64,000 nt of DNA from the NCBI GenBank assembly GCA_010909165.1, contig VJWM01000044.1, positions 1,860,001 to 1,924,000 of the forward strand, written 5' to 3'. Numbering within the stretch: the first letter of the stretch is position 1; each line of letters opens with the position of its first letter. The position numbers were made by a program, and so were the translations under genes. Of this stretch, positions 39,596 to 53,196 are shown piece after piece. This stretch comes from Anthoceros angustus (Eukaryota > Plantae > Anthocerotophyta). The notes beneath the pieces were generated by a model that was not told the DNA's origin, ran no database searches, and saw nothing but the letters and a program-made list of their open reading frames with translations.

Positions 39596-40514
39596 TGTAA
39601 ACGATCCGTATTGGAAACTCCTTGGATTGTGTCTTTGAGTGATTTTTGTTTTTTTTTAAGTTTGGTGTCAAGAAGAGCTAGGTTATGAGTAGGAAGGGAT
39701 ATTTATAGTAGAAAGTGTCCTTGGCCTATGAGTTTTGGGGTTGTTTTGTGGGTTAAATAATAATCGGTCCTTGGACTATGAACTCGATACTCCTTGGCCT
39801 TTGGTCTTGGAATATTTAATAAAAGGCCTATATATGGGGGTCCCCATATTTGGCGAGGTCCGTAGGCTAGAGGTCGAACCAACCGGGCGGTAGTTGAACC
39901 GTGTGGTCGCCGACGGGTGTGCGGACTATGTTTCAAGACGGTTGGCGAACTCGGGCGGTCGTGGAAGGAAGGAGCGGTCGCGGAAGAAGAAGTGGTAGCG
40001 GAAGCTGGCGAGAGTTTCCGGGAAATATAACCCTAAGGGAACTCGGAAGGCCGACGGCGGCGTGGGTAGCTCAGACGATCCACAGCAGGCACGAGCTCGC
40101 ACGAGGTCAGAAGGCAGCCCCGTGGCGGCGGGAGCTCGCGATTCTGGAAGGAAGAAACCGGGGATTGACCAAGTTGGAGATTCGAGGCGAGTTATCAGCA
40201 ATTCGAGGCGGTGAGGGTTTTGCAGAGCATGGCGCCCAAGGTTGCCAGAATTCGCCTAATGGCCAAATATGGACCATTGGAGGGTCCGAGGTGGAGGATT
40301 GGTGAGGGAGCTGACTTGGGATCATGGAAAACAAAGTGGAGAGTTTATGGGAGGATTTTCCATCGAACGAGGAAGGAGGACCCATAAATTCAGCAAAGAA
40401 GGACGACGCGACCAAATCGGAGGGAGCGGAGATAACATGGGCGGGGAGTAGTGGCATCCTAGGAATAGAACTTTGGATAGGATGCCATCTTGGACCTAAG
40501 GCCGTCCGAAATTG

Positions 40515-43425
40515 TAGGCGCCTCTTGGCGTTCGGCCGTTTTAGGACTGAAAGGTGGCTATGACGCCCAAAGAATTGTATAAAGGGGCTTGGTTGTGCCC
40601 CTCACATCGAGCAACTCTGGTTGAGATCCCCACGCCTGTGGCTGGTTGGAGACGTCCGATTGAGAGGTGGTGTGCGCGAGACGCCCTAGGGGTGGTCGAG
40701 AGCTTGCTCCGCAACCGGGGAGGAGGGTGATAGAGCAATCTTGGCGACAAAGGAGGAGGAAACCAAGGGATTGGCGCGGGCGGTCCGGAGCTTGCTCGTA
40801 ACGCCGACGCCGGGGTTCTTCTTTCCTTCACCCTTGTTCCAAGTTGTGTTCAAATTGAGAGAGAAGTGTTGAGTGGATGGTTGGAAGCTCGGGCGAATTG
40901 AGGAGAGAGAGAGAGAGAGAAGATTGGGTGAAGGAGTGATGAATAATCAGACGCTGGCGAGGTGTAAGAGGAGTTGAGAAGGGAACTAATTGAGAGACTA
41001 ACGGTGGAGATTTGTGTGGATCCAAAAGAATCCAAACCGTGTTGGTGGAAGTGTGCACAAGAGGAAACAGTTCCTTGTAAAATTGTGTGAGTGTGGCGCC
41101 CTTTGTGTGTGTGTGAAGCGGTGAGGGATTTGTGGAACTTTGGTCCCTAGGAATCGGTGTGTGTGTGCATGAAGTGTGGAGTGCAGAATAAAGTCTGATC
41201 TGTGCACAGTGGTAGACGCCCGTGGCAGGGATCCGCGGCGCCGTGCGCCGGAAATAAGTCGCTAGGGTTTGGCGTGGGACCCACCTCGGTAGTCGAAGCA
41301 ACTACCCGGTAGTGGTGAGAGCCACCGCGGTCGTGGAATAAGATTTGCGGTCGTGGAATAAGATTTGTGGTCGTGGAATAAGATTCGTGGTTGTGGAATA
41401 AGATCTGTGGTAGTTAGACAAGTCGGGAGGTAGTAGTAGTTGAGTAGATAGGTAAGAGGAGTAATAGCAGGTAAGTCCTGACTTAGGTGAAGGTCAGTAG
41501 CGATAGAAGTTAGGCCTCTTGGCGTTCGGCCGTTTTAGGACACAGAAAGTCGGTGGCTATGGCGCCCAGAATTGTATAAAGGGGCTTGGTTGTGCCCCTC
41601 ACATCGAGATAACTCTGGTTGAGATCCCCACGCTTGTTGGTTGGAGACGTCCGATTGAGAGGTGGTGTGAGACGCTCCTAGGGGTGGTCGAGCTTGCTCC
41701 AACGGGGAGGAGGGTGATAGAGCAATCTTGGCGACAAAGGAGGAGGAAACCAAGGGATTGGCGCGGGGTGGTCGAGCTTGCTCACGCCTTTCTGGCCTTG
41801 GGGTTCTTCTTTCCTTCACCCTTGTTCTGTTAGTTGTGTTCAGAGAGAAGTGTTGAGTGGATGGTTGGAAGCTGAGGCGAATTGAGGAGAGAGAGAGAGG
41901 AGAAGATTGGGTGAAGGAGTGATGAACAACATGCACAGCGAGGTGTAAGAGGAGTTGAGAAGGGAACTAATTGAGAGACTAACGGTGGAGATTTGTGTGG
42001 ATCCAAAAGAATCCAAATTTGTTGGTGGAAGTGTGCACAAGAGGCGTTCCTTGTAAAATTGTGTGAGTGTGGCGCCTTTGTGTGTGTGTGTGAAGCGGTG
42101 AGGATTTGTGGAACTTTGGTCCCTAGGAATCGGTGTGTGTGTGCATGAAGTGTGGAGTGCAGAATAAAGTCGATCATGCACAGTGGTAGGCCCGTGGCGA
42201 GATCCATGGCGTGTCGAAATAAGTCGCTAGGGTTTGGCGTGGGACCCACCTCGGTAGTCAAGCAACTACCGGTAGTGGTGAGCCACCGCGTCGTGGAATA
42301 AGATTTGCGGTCGTGGAATAAGATTTGTGGGTGGAATAAGATTCGTGGTTGTGGAATAAGATCATGGTAGTTAGACAAGTCGGGAGGTAGTAGTAGTTGA
42401 GTAGATAGGTAAGAGGAGTAATAGTGTAAGTCCCGACTTAGGTGAAGGTCAAGAGCGATAGAAGTTAGGCCTCTTGGCGTTCGGCCGTTTTAGGACACAG
42501 AAAGTCGGTGGCTATGGCGCCCAGAATTGTATAAAGGGGCTTGGTTGTGCCCCTCACATCGAGATAACTCTGGTTGAGATCCCCACGCTTGTTGGTTGGA
42601 GACGTCCGATTGAGAGGTGGTGTGAGACGCTCCTAGGGGTGGTCGAGCTTGCTCCAACGGGGAGGAGGGTGATAGAGCAATCTTGGCGACAAAGGAGGAG
42701 GAAACCAAGGGATTGGCGCGGGGTGGTCGAGCTTGCTCACGCCTTTCTGGCCTTGGGGTTCTTCTTTCCTTCACCCTTGTTCTGTTAGTTGTGTTCAGAG
42801 AGAAGTGTTGAGTGGATGGTTGGAAGCTGAGGCGAATTGAGGAGAGAGAGAGAGGAGAAGATTGGGTGAAGGAGTGATGAACAACATGCACAGCGAGGTG
42901 TAAGAGGAGTTGAGAAGGGAACTAATTGAGAGACTAACGGTGGAGATTTGTGTGGATCCAAAAGAATCCAAATTTGTTGGTGGAAGTGTGCACAAGAGGC
43001 GTTCCTTGTAAAATTGTGTGAGTGTGGCGCCTTTGTGTGTGTGTGTGAAGCGGTGAGGATTTGTGGAACTTTGGTCCCTAGGAATCGGTGTGTGTGTGCA
43101 TGAAGTGTGGAGTGCAGAATAAAGTCGATCATGCACAGTGGTAGGCCCGTGGCGAGATCCATGGCGTGTCGAAATAAGTCGCTAGGGTTTGGCGTGGGAC
43201 CCACCTCGGTAGTCGAGCAACTACCGGTAGTGGTGAGCCACCGCGTCGTGGAATAAGATTTGCGGTCGTGGAATAAGATTTGTGGTCGTGGAATAAGATT
43301 CGTGGTTGTGGAATAAGATCATGGTAGTTAGACAAGTCGGGAGGTAGTAGTAGTTGAGTAGATAGGTAAGAAGTAATAGCGGTAAGTCGACTTAGGTGAA
43401 GGTCGATGTGATAGAAGTTAGCGTC
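40515..43425 (+). repeat. Three tandem copies (~955-990 bp) of the distal half of the family B 3' LTR
   Basis: Identical ORFs at 41519 and 42474 (period 955); the first unit from ~40520 is more diverged. Confidence 0.9.
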
Positions 43426-44474
43426 TCTTGGCACAAACCATTCCCTTGGGAGCGAATCCTAAGCCTACAACGACATTGAGGGTGAATGTGGACCTCACGG
43501 TGTCCCTAGACACAAATTCACACTCACACACTCTACCCTCTAATCATGCGTTTTGCGCAGAACGGGAGGGACCCACCGGGCTGTGGGACGACGGGTAATG
43601 GCGGTCGCCGACCGCCGAGCCCAACCGGCTGTGATTCCGGAAGAGGAAGGGTCCCGCCCGGATCATCCGATTGCGCGCCAGAATCGCCGTGGCGGAGATT
43701 GGACCACCAATCCCGAGACGGAACCAGGACCTTCCTGTGCCCACCGCCGACGAAGGAGATAGGAGGAGGAATAGGATGGTAGGCGGCGATTAGGGCTTCG
43801 ATGGCCACCACCGTAATAGTGTAATAAAGCCGACTTGGGCGTAGTATAAGAGGGCCCGTCGGAATAAATCATCTTCTCTTGGTGTTGATGCCGCGTTGCT
43901 TGCAGACCTTTGTGTGTCTTCTTGTTAACGTGAGTCCTGAGTCACTGAGCAGGCACGACAACTCTAGAGAGACTGATCAAGGTCCTGGTGACGGACCCTA
44001 ACGTGTGGTGGTGTGTGCGAGGAAGAGCGACCGGGACCCGTGTTCGTCAGGCGGCCCGTGTCAGCGGACGAGCAGGTGAGCCGGAGGAACTCGGGAGGGC
44101 GGCAGAGTCTGACGGAGGGGCCCGGTTGAGCAACGGAGGAGGTCCGGACTGTGTAGCCACTTGCGTTCTTTTCTAAGGTTGATGAGCGTAGTGAGAGTGA
44201 TGAGAGGAACGGACTTAAGGGACGAGTGACGTGCGGAAACGATATGGACGCAAACGGGTCCTTAAACGTTTGGCCACACCGGGCCTGTTCGGTGAACGTT
44301 ATGAGTAGTTAGACGCAAAACAACGATTGCGTGTGTTAAAGTTGAGCGGACGCAAAGTAAGGATCGGTCGAAACGCGGCAACCGGAGCTTTTCATTCTCT
44401 CGGGAACGGACTCCTTACTACAACGACATGGGATTGTGTGCGCCCGGCTGGCCGTCAGCGAAAGTCGCGCCACT

Positions 44475-45540
44475 CCCATCCTGAAGAGCAAGGTATATCG
44501 GAGAGGATAAGGCGGAAGAAAGAGAAGGCTCTTATTCTAGAGACTGTTGTCGATGAGCCACATGTGGAGGCACCAACTCTTAGAACGACGGAGGCAGAAA
44601 CCTTTGAGCCGAAAACCATCACCATGCCAGAGGAGGAGCTTCAAAATATCTTGAAGAGAATGGAAACACTGGAGTAAGAGATCAAAGGAAAAAGGAAGCT
44701 TAAAGAATGACGTGGATAAGCTCCACAAATTTTATCGTGGACTTGAGAGGCAGGCTCTAGCTTCAATTGTGGAGAGCTGGGACACTTTGTAAAGGATTGT
44801 CCGCACACTGGGAATTCCCAATTAAATGCGGCAGCCGCCAATATACCAACTCCGTGGCTTAGGATTTAAGAGCTTCTTATAGATCCCAAATAATGCCAGT
44901 GGCCACATGTTGCAAAGACAATATGTGGTGAGTCATCTGGTGTTAAGGATGACACTGTTTTGAGGGAAGGTGGAGCCCTTATGTATATACGTGGAATGAT
45001 GAATGGTTCAGAAGTAGAGTTGTTTGTTGGAGTTTGCAGCCACCCACAATTTTATAACTCCTCGCAAGGCAAAGGAGCTTGGCCTAGTACTTCCGCACCA
45101 TATGAAATTAAGCAAGCTAAAGGAACTCTGCAATTCTCGGGTGAATTGCTTGGAGTATTGTTGCAAGTAGAAGCATGGGAAAAACATGTGAGTTTCAAAG
45201 TTGTGGATAATAATGGATGAGCTCATATGATATCATCTTAGGTTTGGGGTGGATAAATTTCAATGAAGTACGTGTAGATGTGAACTCCTGCACCTTTGAG
45301 ATATTGAGGGATGGAAAGCAAAAGGTGGTTTGTGCTAGTCTGAGTCCGAAGCTTGAGATGAGCTCATTATAATTAATTTCGACAAGAGAGCTTAAGCAGG
45401 ACATAAGAAAGAAGAAGGAGCTTTATTTAGTTGTGCTCCATGGATTAGAAGATGGTTTTGAGGAAGAATCCTCAGAGAAGCAGAGATCCTGAAGAAAATA
45501 CAAGCTCTTGGATGATTTTATGGATTTGATGCCTAAACTG
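44475..45540 (+). pseudogene. Family C gag / zinc knuckle / aspartic protease remnant
   Basis: HPEEQGISERIRRKKEKA continues ATG GCC CAT at 26382. SFNCGELGHFVKDCP knuckle (~44760), LMYIRGMMNGSEVELFV..SH protease-like, YDIILGLGWI. Truncated before RT. Confidence 0.8.
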
Positions 45541-45559
45541 CTCTCTATGATCTCTCATG

Positions 45560-45717
45560 TACTCTTGCTGAAGTAAAACACGAGCAGAGGTGCTGATTGC
45601 GACTCATCCTGTGGAAGGATGGCAGACTACTTGGAGGCCTTAGTGGTTGTGTCTTTGTTGTGTTGTTGTTTCTAACTGCGTGCCTGCACCCTACCTCGCT
45701 GGAAAGGGGGTGTTACT
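45560..45717 (+). repeat. 5'-truncated, diverged 3' LTR of family C
   Basis: Homologous to 11290-11446; ends GGAAAGGGGGTGTTACT then CTTTG. Confidence 0.8.
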
Positions 45718-45967
45718 CTTTGTGCGGCTTGCGTTGTTGTAAAGGCCTCGACTCACATGAATTTTTGACACGAAAAAGACGACGTTTCGGGCATCCATTT
45801 CGTTTCCCCTTGGCAGACACGCTGTTTCGGAGACCCTATTTCGTTTCCCGTTGGATTCTGAATCGGGTGGAGCAAAGCATTTTACATATGTAGGCTGCGC
45901 TGCTTGGGTGCTTCTGGATTCATCGTCCTGAGTCTGCAATCGGGGCGTCGGGCAGCAGCGGGGGAGG

Positions 45968-47692
45968 ATGGCCACAGCCACGGCGGCTGCAATGCATGGG
46001 GCCGTGTGCAACCGGGCTGCACCTGCTGGGGCTACCGCAATGTGTGTGTGCAGCAGCAGCGGCAATTCGAGCATCACTTCGCTCAGCTTCGACCACGCAC
46101 CAACTCCAGCAGCTGCTGCCCCAGCTCAGTGGCGCTGTAGCACCAGCTGGGCAGCCTGCGCCGGCCCGCTTTTGCGGCCTGCTGCCGGGTTCGGATCCAA
46201 GGTACTATCCTGCTGCGTGCTCGCTGCCGTCGGGTTTGTTGTTTTTAGTATCGAGAGGGATGCAATCGCCTTGCCGGTTTGAATTCGAAGGAATGCCGGC
46301 AGCCGGCCATCTGTCGCGGGCCCGAGGTCAGGGCACTTCCTCAGACAGTGCCTGCGAGCTGTGGAAGTGTTGTTTTGGGAGTCAAATGGTTTTGCTGCTG
46401 TTGCTGTGGTCACTGGCCACAGTCCTGGCAACAGCTGCCCTGCTTCCTATGTGATGCCGTTTGGTATGGTCGGGTGTCTCGGGTTTTGTTGAATGATGTG
46501 ATTGCGAGTTGATGTTTGAGGCCTCGAGGATTTCGGAGCTTGATGTAACTGGTGTGGGAGCTGCACTAGAGTTCAGCTGATAAATTACCATCAGGTGCTT
46601 CGTTGATTGGACTTGTCTAGTGGAGGTTGAAAAGAACGTCTGAAGGGCAACGTCAGCTTGATTCTCTAGATGACAAAAGAGGATCTCAAGATCGATGGAG
46701 CGTGCACGCCTATGGCGATATTCCAAACCAAGCTGAATCTGTGACTGCTTCTTCGGCAACCCTTACTCAGCCAGAGTACAGGGCTACTCCGGATATTGAG
46801 TATTTGCAGGTATGTGTTGCCGTTTTCCTGAAGCACTCGTGGCCACATGCTGATCTGTTTGCTCCGATGCTCAAGCGTTGGGTCATATTGGGTTCCAGGA
46901 GCTCCTTGCCATGCAACAATCTGGGCCGAGATCGATTGGTTTTTTTGGTACCAGGAACATGGGATTCATGCATCAGCAACTAATCGAGATTCTCAGTTAT
47001 GCAATGGTTATTACGGTCAGTTTTCTGCAATGAGACAAGCGTGCGGTTCCAAAGCGTTGTCAGTCCGGGTGTCTGTAATACTTGCTTTAGCAGAGTCAAG
47101 ACATTGATCGTCGATCGTATATTTGTAGAAAAACCATATCTACACTTCTGGAGCATCAGGAACAAATGCTGCCGTTATCAGGGGAGCTCTAAGGGGTGAA
47201 AGGCCAGATTTGTTGACTGTGATTTTACCTCAGAGTCTGAAGAAGCAACCTCCTGAAAGCCAGGAGCTCCTATCTAAGGTCAGTTGATGTGATTGAAGCC
47301 GTGCTGTGTGCTTCCCATTGTTGGGAAGTATCCAGGCACCGCTGGCGTAATGCTAATGCGGTCCACATTTTCAGGGAGAAATTGAAGCGTTGCGTTGTGT
47401 TCTCGCAGGTTCAGAATGTTGTAGAGATGCCTCAAAATGACTTGCTGCCGTTGTATGAAGCTAGCAGGTGAAGTGGTGGTTTTATTTCGTGTTGGAAACT
47501 TGAGTTCGGCGTCTAACTGTTTGTCGCTAAAATAATACTGTGGCTTGTGCTGGCAGGCTCTGCAACATGGACATCTTATCTCATGTGCAGCAAGTGATCT
47601 GTTTCGCCTTTCACGATAGCAATCTGCTCATGGAAACGTGCAGAGAAGCCAAAAACCTTCGCAAGATAGTCACATTGTTTTACCTGGACTGA
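45968..47692 (+). CDS. Spliced gene, SLOG/DprA(Smf)-like Rossmann-fold protein of the plant/cyanobacterial type, with transit-peptide-like N-terminus
   Basis: Joined exons read ..PDIEYLQ|ELLAMQQSGPRSIGFFGTRNMGFMHQQLIEILSYAMVIT|KNHIYTSGASGTNAAVIRGALRGERPDLLTVILPQSLKKQPPESQELLSK|VQNVVEMPQNDLLPLYEAS|RLCNMDILSHVQQVICFAFHDSNLLMETCREAKNLRKIVTLFYLD*. GT-AG introns. 5' exons are less certain. Confidence 0.85.
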
Positions 47693-47974
47693 AAGAGAAC
47701 AACCTGCCATTTTGTCCTAGACTAGGATTCTACCTCCCTGCACTTACCGTCCCACCTAGGTCATCTAAGTGATCCGGTGAAGAAATTGATCGGGCGTACA
47801 AACAAGTTTAAGCAGGTCGCTTGTTCGTGTTTAGGCACTAGGTCACTGTTGAACTTCGGAAAATGCTGGGATCAAAACACCGCTGAGAAAAATGATTTCC
47901 TCGACTCCTCAGATGCATACCAGCCTGCAAGGAGTTCAAAGTATGGCTATGGCCAGACCGGCATCTGTCCATGC

Positions 47975-50646
47975 TTAAGCAGAGTGCTCCTTGGATTTAC
48001 TCATTTGCCGATCAACGTACCAACTGGCATGTACTTGCAACCCAATACCAACCACGACTTTCGCTAATAGCAAGAAGATGTATGTCCCTACACACACAGA
48101 CAAGAAGATACTTGATCGACCTACGACATTGCCTCTAGGTACCAAGTAGGAATACAGAGGGATCAACGCCCGTATGACCTGCACGCGACGGCATTGGCTG
48201 TCAGTTCTGATCCAGTCCACTTCAAGAAGCAAATTACCAGAAGCTGGTGGATGCAATCACCGCATAGACTTACCACACAAGCTGGTGCGAGAGGTATAAA
48301 AGCAAGAGTCTTATGGACTTCATGGGACTGACTGCGAAGAGTCTGCGGAGGAGTCACATGGACAGTGAAATTCAAAAACTCACACCATCCTACAAGCAGG
48401 AGCAGAATCTACACTTCCTGGCGTACAGACAAACACAGTAAACATAAGAAGTGCAGGGGTCAACAGCATACCTGCTTGCAAAGGGAGAGGAGAAACTCAG
48501 AATAGGCTGCCGGCTTGATTTCATTGAACTTTGCAAGGAACGAATGCTTGATCAAGTCCACCAGAATCTCGCATACAACAATCTTGGACGCATTCTGGAG
48601 ACCACGCTGGTACTGTCAGAATGCTTATGATGGAACCCAGCGTTTCGACACCAAGAGGAACTCCATGCCCAAATCATAACACAGCATTGGAATGCCTCTT
48701 ACAACATCACAGAAAATACTTTCATCTTTACGGCAGCATGGTAAGAGCTGAAGATGAGGGGAAGACATCTGACCACAAAAAAGCTTGATACCCATGGCCT
48801 TTCAGCACTCATGACGTTTTGAGCCAATACAAACAGGAGGTGAATCATAATATGAAATCTCTCCACAATATCTGCGCGGAAAGCACGAGTGCTGCTTCAA
48901 CAGAAGAGCAAAGAAGCGTGCATAGATATCAACACTGCTTGTGGTCTGTAGTAGCCACGTACCAAGATAGGCCATTTTGTGAAGGTTTTCCTTCCCTAAT
49001 CGCTTAAAGACATTGCTCTTTATCTCGGCGAAGTTGTTTGATATAAGCATGGTTAGCAGAGCATTGTTCTGAGCCGTAATAGCTGCAGAAACTGTGACAG
49101 CCTGTGACATGATGATGAGCGAATGCAAACGTGGGGAAAGTCAAGGAGACCAAGAATCTTTCAGAACAGTACATACCAAGCAGCCAAACCACGAGGCAAC
49201 CGGAAAAGGATGAAGAGGATATAGAAGCAGGCAGTTCCAGTGCACAGATCAAATATGAAGTGGGCAGTTTTCTTGACGAGCCTCTCATTCGAGCAGTCTG
49301 CCACCCCAGCTGCAGAGTTCAGAATCACTTGCAAAACGTCTGCGGTGAGAGACTGGCAAAGCTTGTCAAAAATCTGCAAAGAACCCAAAATGACATCAAG
49401 ATTTGCATAATTGCAGCTCTGAAGCGACATAGGGTAGCTTTGGGGCATCAAATTGATAAGCAGGAGTAGCATGTGGACCTCAAGAACGTTATAGATGACA
49501 TAAAGCTTGACAGTGGCAGCCCCGCGAATCAGATGATATATGATGCTGATATCTGCAAGCCATCAAAGAGCCATTTTAGCACAAGCGGGACCAGAAATTC
49601 AGCATGCTCAAGGAAAGCAGCCATGGCATGAAACCACGTCAGCCATACCGCCTTACCAATCAACTGTAATACTCCAACTCCGCACAAAATAGCAATCAAG
49701 CAAGTCATGTCCGACAACTCATCAGCAGTCGGTCTCTGAAATTGCCTGCCATAAGTTTGTCAGCTTTCTGCCAAGGATACCAGTGTGCACGCTCGGAAAA
49801 GAAACAAGTTGCAAAACCAGGACAAACTTACTTCGATCTCCTAAGAAGCCGGTGCATGAACAAGAGTATCCTTGCTGGCATTACTGTGAAAAGAGACAGG
49901 AAGGAATCCAAGCAGACAAAGAAGCCGACGTCAATGAGCTGCAGATAACAAAAGGCGAAGCTGTAGTGAATACGGAAGCTGCGCAAAAAAGATGCAACCT
50001 CAGCTCCTACTCCAAACGCAAAAGCAAGCCCCCCTGAAACTCAGTAGTTGCATCCGTAATCCACGTGCCATCCCTACCAGCTCACACCTCCACGGCACGT
50101 GGAACATCGTATTATAAACCCGCTCTCTCTTCTGCGCAGATCCGGCCTGCGAGGAGCTTCGCAGAGCTCCCCCTCCGGTAAGCTCCCCGAGGAGATACTC
50201 CCAAGGCCGCACCACCCGAGCTCCACAACCTGCCACCAGAACCCCGAATTGGAATTCCCGCGACGGATCCCTCCCCGTTCCCCTACCACAGCACAATTGT
50301 CGTGATACGCACCTGCGCCACAGTGCTCCACCGCCGTCTCCCAATTGCGCATCTGCGGAGTGGAGGAGGATTGCGGCGAGCTGTCATTCCCGCGCTCCTG
50401 CTCCCGCTCCCGCTCCTGCTCCGTATGCTCCTGCGGACGATGCAGACACACACTCCCGATCACACTGGACGGCTCCGGCGACGCGGCCTCCGCTTGCACT
50501 GCAAAGCGGACGCACCCGGCGCCGTCGCCGCCGCTTCCCGCCATCTCCCGCATTCGGGAGCCGCAGCTGGATCCCTCAGAGCTTCCTGTGGCTCGGCGAG
50601 GTTTGTCTGCCTCGCTCCCGACTAAAACCTGGACGCCACGCCCCAT
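47975..50646 (-). CDS. POD1: POLLEN DEFECTIVE IN GUIDANCE 1 / TAPT1 family ER membrane protein, multi-exon
   Basis: RERVYNTMFHVPWRCEL, IFDKLCQS, HSLIIMSQAVTVSAAITAQNNALLTMLISNNFAEIKSNVFKR, LAFIPLAPACV; GT-AG introns. First in-frame ATG at 50646. Confidence 0.92.
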
Positions 50647-51421
50647 CGCGCTGTGCACTTTGGAATTTGCCGATGGCGGGATCCCGATGTTTACTGCCAA
50701 TTCGCTTCCTCCACCTAACCGGAGCTCGCTTTTCGCCAACGAATTTTGTCGTAATTTTAACCGGAGCTTGCTTTTCGCGAACGAATTTTGTCCATAAATT
50801 ATGAGGAGATTTTATTATGAAAAAGAGATGGAAAACCATCTACCCCGAACCCATTTTGTCCATAAATGGAGTGTCGCGGCCCGTTTCATATGAGAGGTTT
50901 CTTTGAATTTATCCGAATCGTACGGGAAAATGCGACGGGATTCTAGCACCTGAGGAAGGTGGTCGCGAAGCTTCCTCCGTTTAATCTGCGGTAGATACTG
51001 TAGAAGAGCGTCCGGTTCGGAGGCAGGTGCAGGTGAGCCTTCCCTTCCCTTCCCTCCCTCCTGCCTGCATAAATGCTGAGCTCGAAGCAAACCAGTCTGT
51101 CTTCCCCGGTTTTGAATCAGAGCGTTTCGTGGTGTTTCCAATCACGTTGGTCCAGAGTCCAGATTGCGCATTCACGTTCCCATTCGCATTGGCAATCGCA
51201 CTCTCACGGGCTCGTCGTCACTCGTCCTCATTCGCATTCGCATTCTCACAGGCTCGTTCGCTGTGATCAGCAGAGTAGTAAGGTAAGGTGTTACTGAAGG
51301 ACGCGATTCAGTGCTGTGCATTCTGGAAGACGGGAATCGGTTTCACGAGACGTGAGCAGGCAGTTTGAGACGTTTTCTTGTGGCATTGCCTTGTGAACAA
51401 ATGCAGGCAGAGGAAGAAGAG

Positions 51422-53196
<1,775 letters not shown>

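Larger units (their letters stand above)
29891..43530 (+). mobile_element. Athila/Tat-like Ty3/gypsy element with ~2-kb LTRs (family B), non-autonomous
   Basis: LTR TGTAAACGATC...CACACTCCACA (copies at 29891, ~34085-36031, 39596-43530, ~17620-19553, plus inverted copies). PBS-like TTTTGGCGCCGGGAAT at 36032. PPT AAATGAGAAGGGAGTA before 39596. No matching TSD found. Confidence 0.85.
26391..44474 (+). mobile_element. LTR-derived element (family D; apparent giant solo LTR of at least 4.4 kb: 26391-29890 plus ~43531-44474) inserted in family C gag
   Basis: Starts TGTGG and ends AAAGTCGCGCCACT, like family A LTR ends. CCCAT at 26386-26390 and 44475-44479. TATA-like GTATAAG near 43845. Confidence 0.75.
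11200..45717 (+). mobile_element. Old Ty3/gypsy (chromovirus-like) LTR retrotransposon with AGT...ACT termini; host of nested insertions (family C)
   Basis: CTTTG at 11195-11199 and 45718-45722. Both LTRs end GGAAAGGGGGTGTTACT. Met PBS and gag start can be reconstructed across nested insertions. gag/protease remnant at 44475-45540. Confidence 0.82.

Noticed and set aside
41320-41410. GTGGAATAAGAT repeats at ~20-bp spacing as a CRISPR-like array
   Set aside because: Spacers are short and near-identical; the array recurs in every family B LTR; eukaryotic context with no cas genes.
29886-43540. TSD for family B
   Set aside because: Left flank CGGAC does not match the right flank (CTCTA or CACTC).
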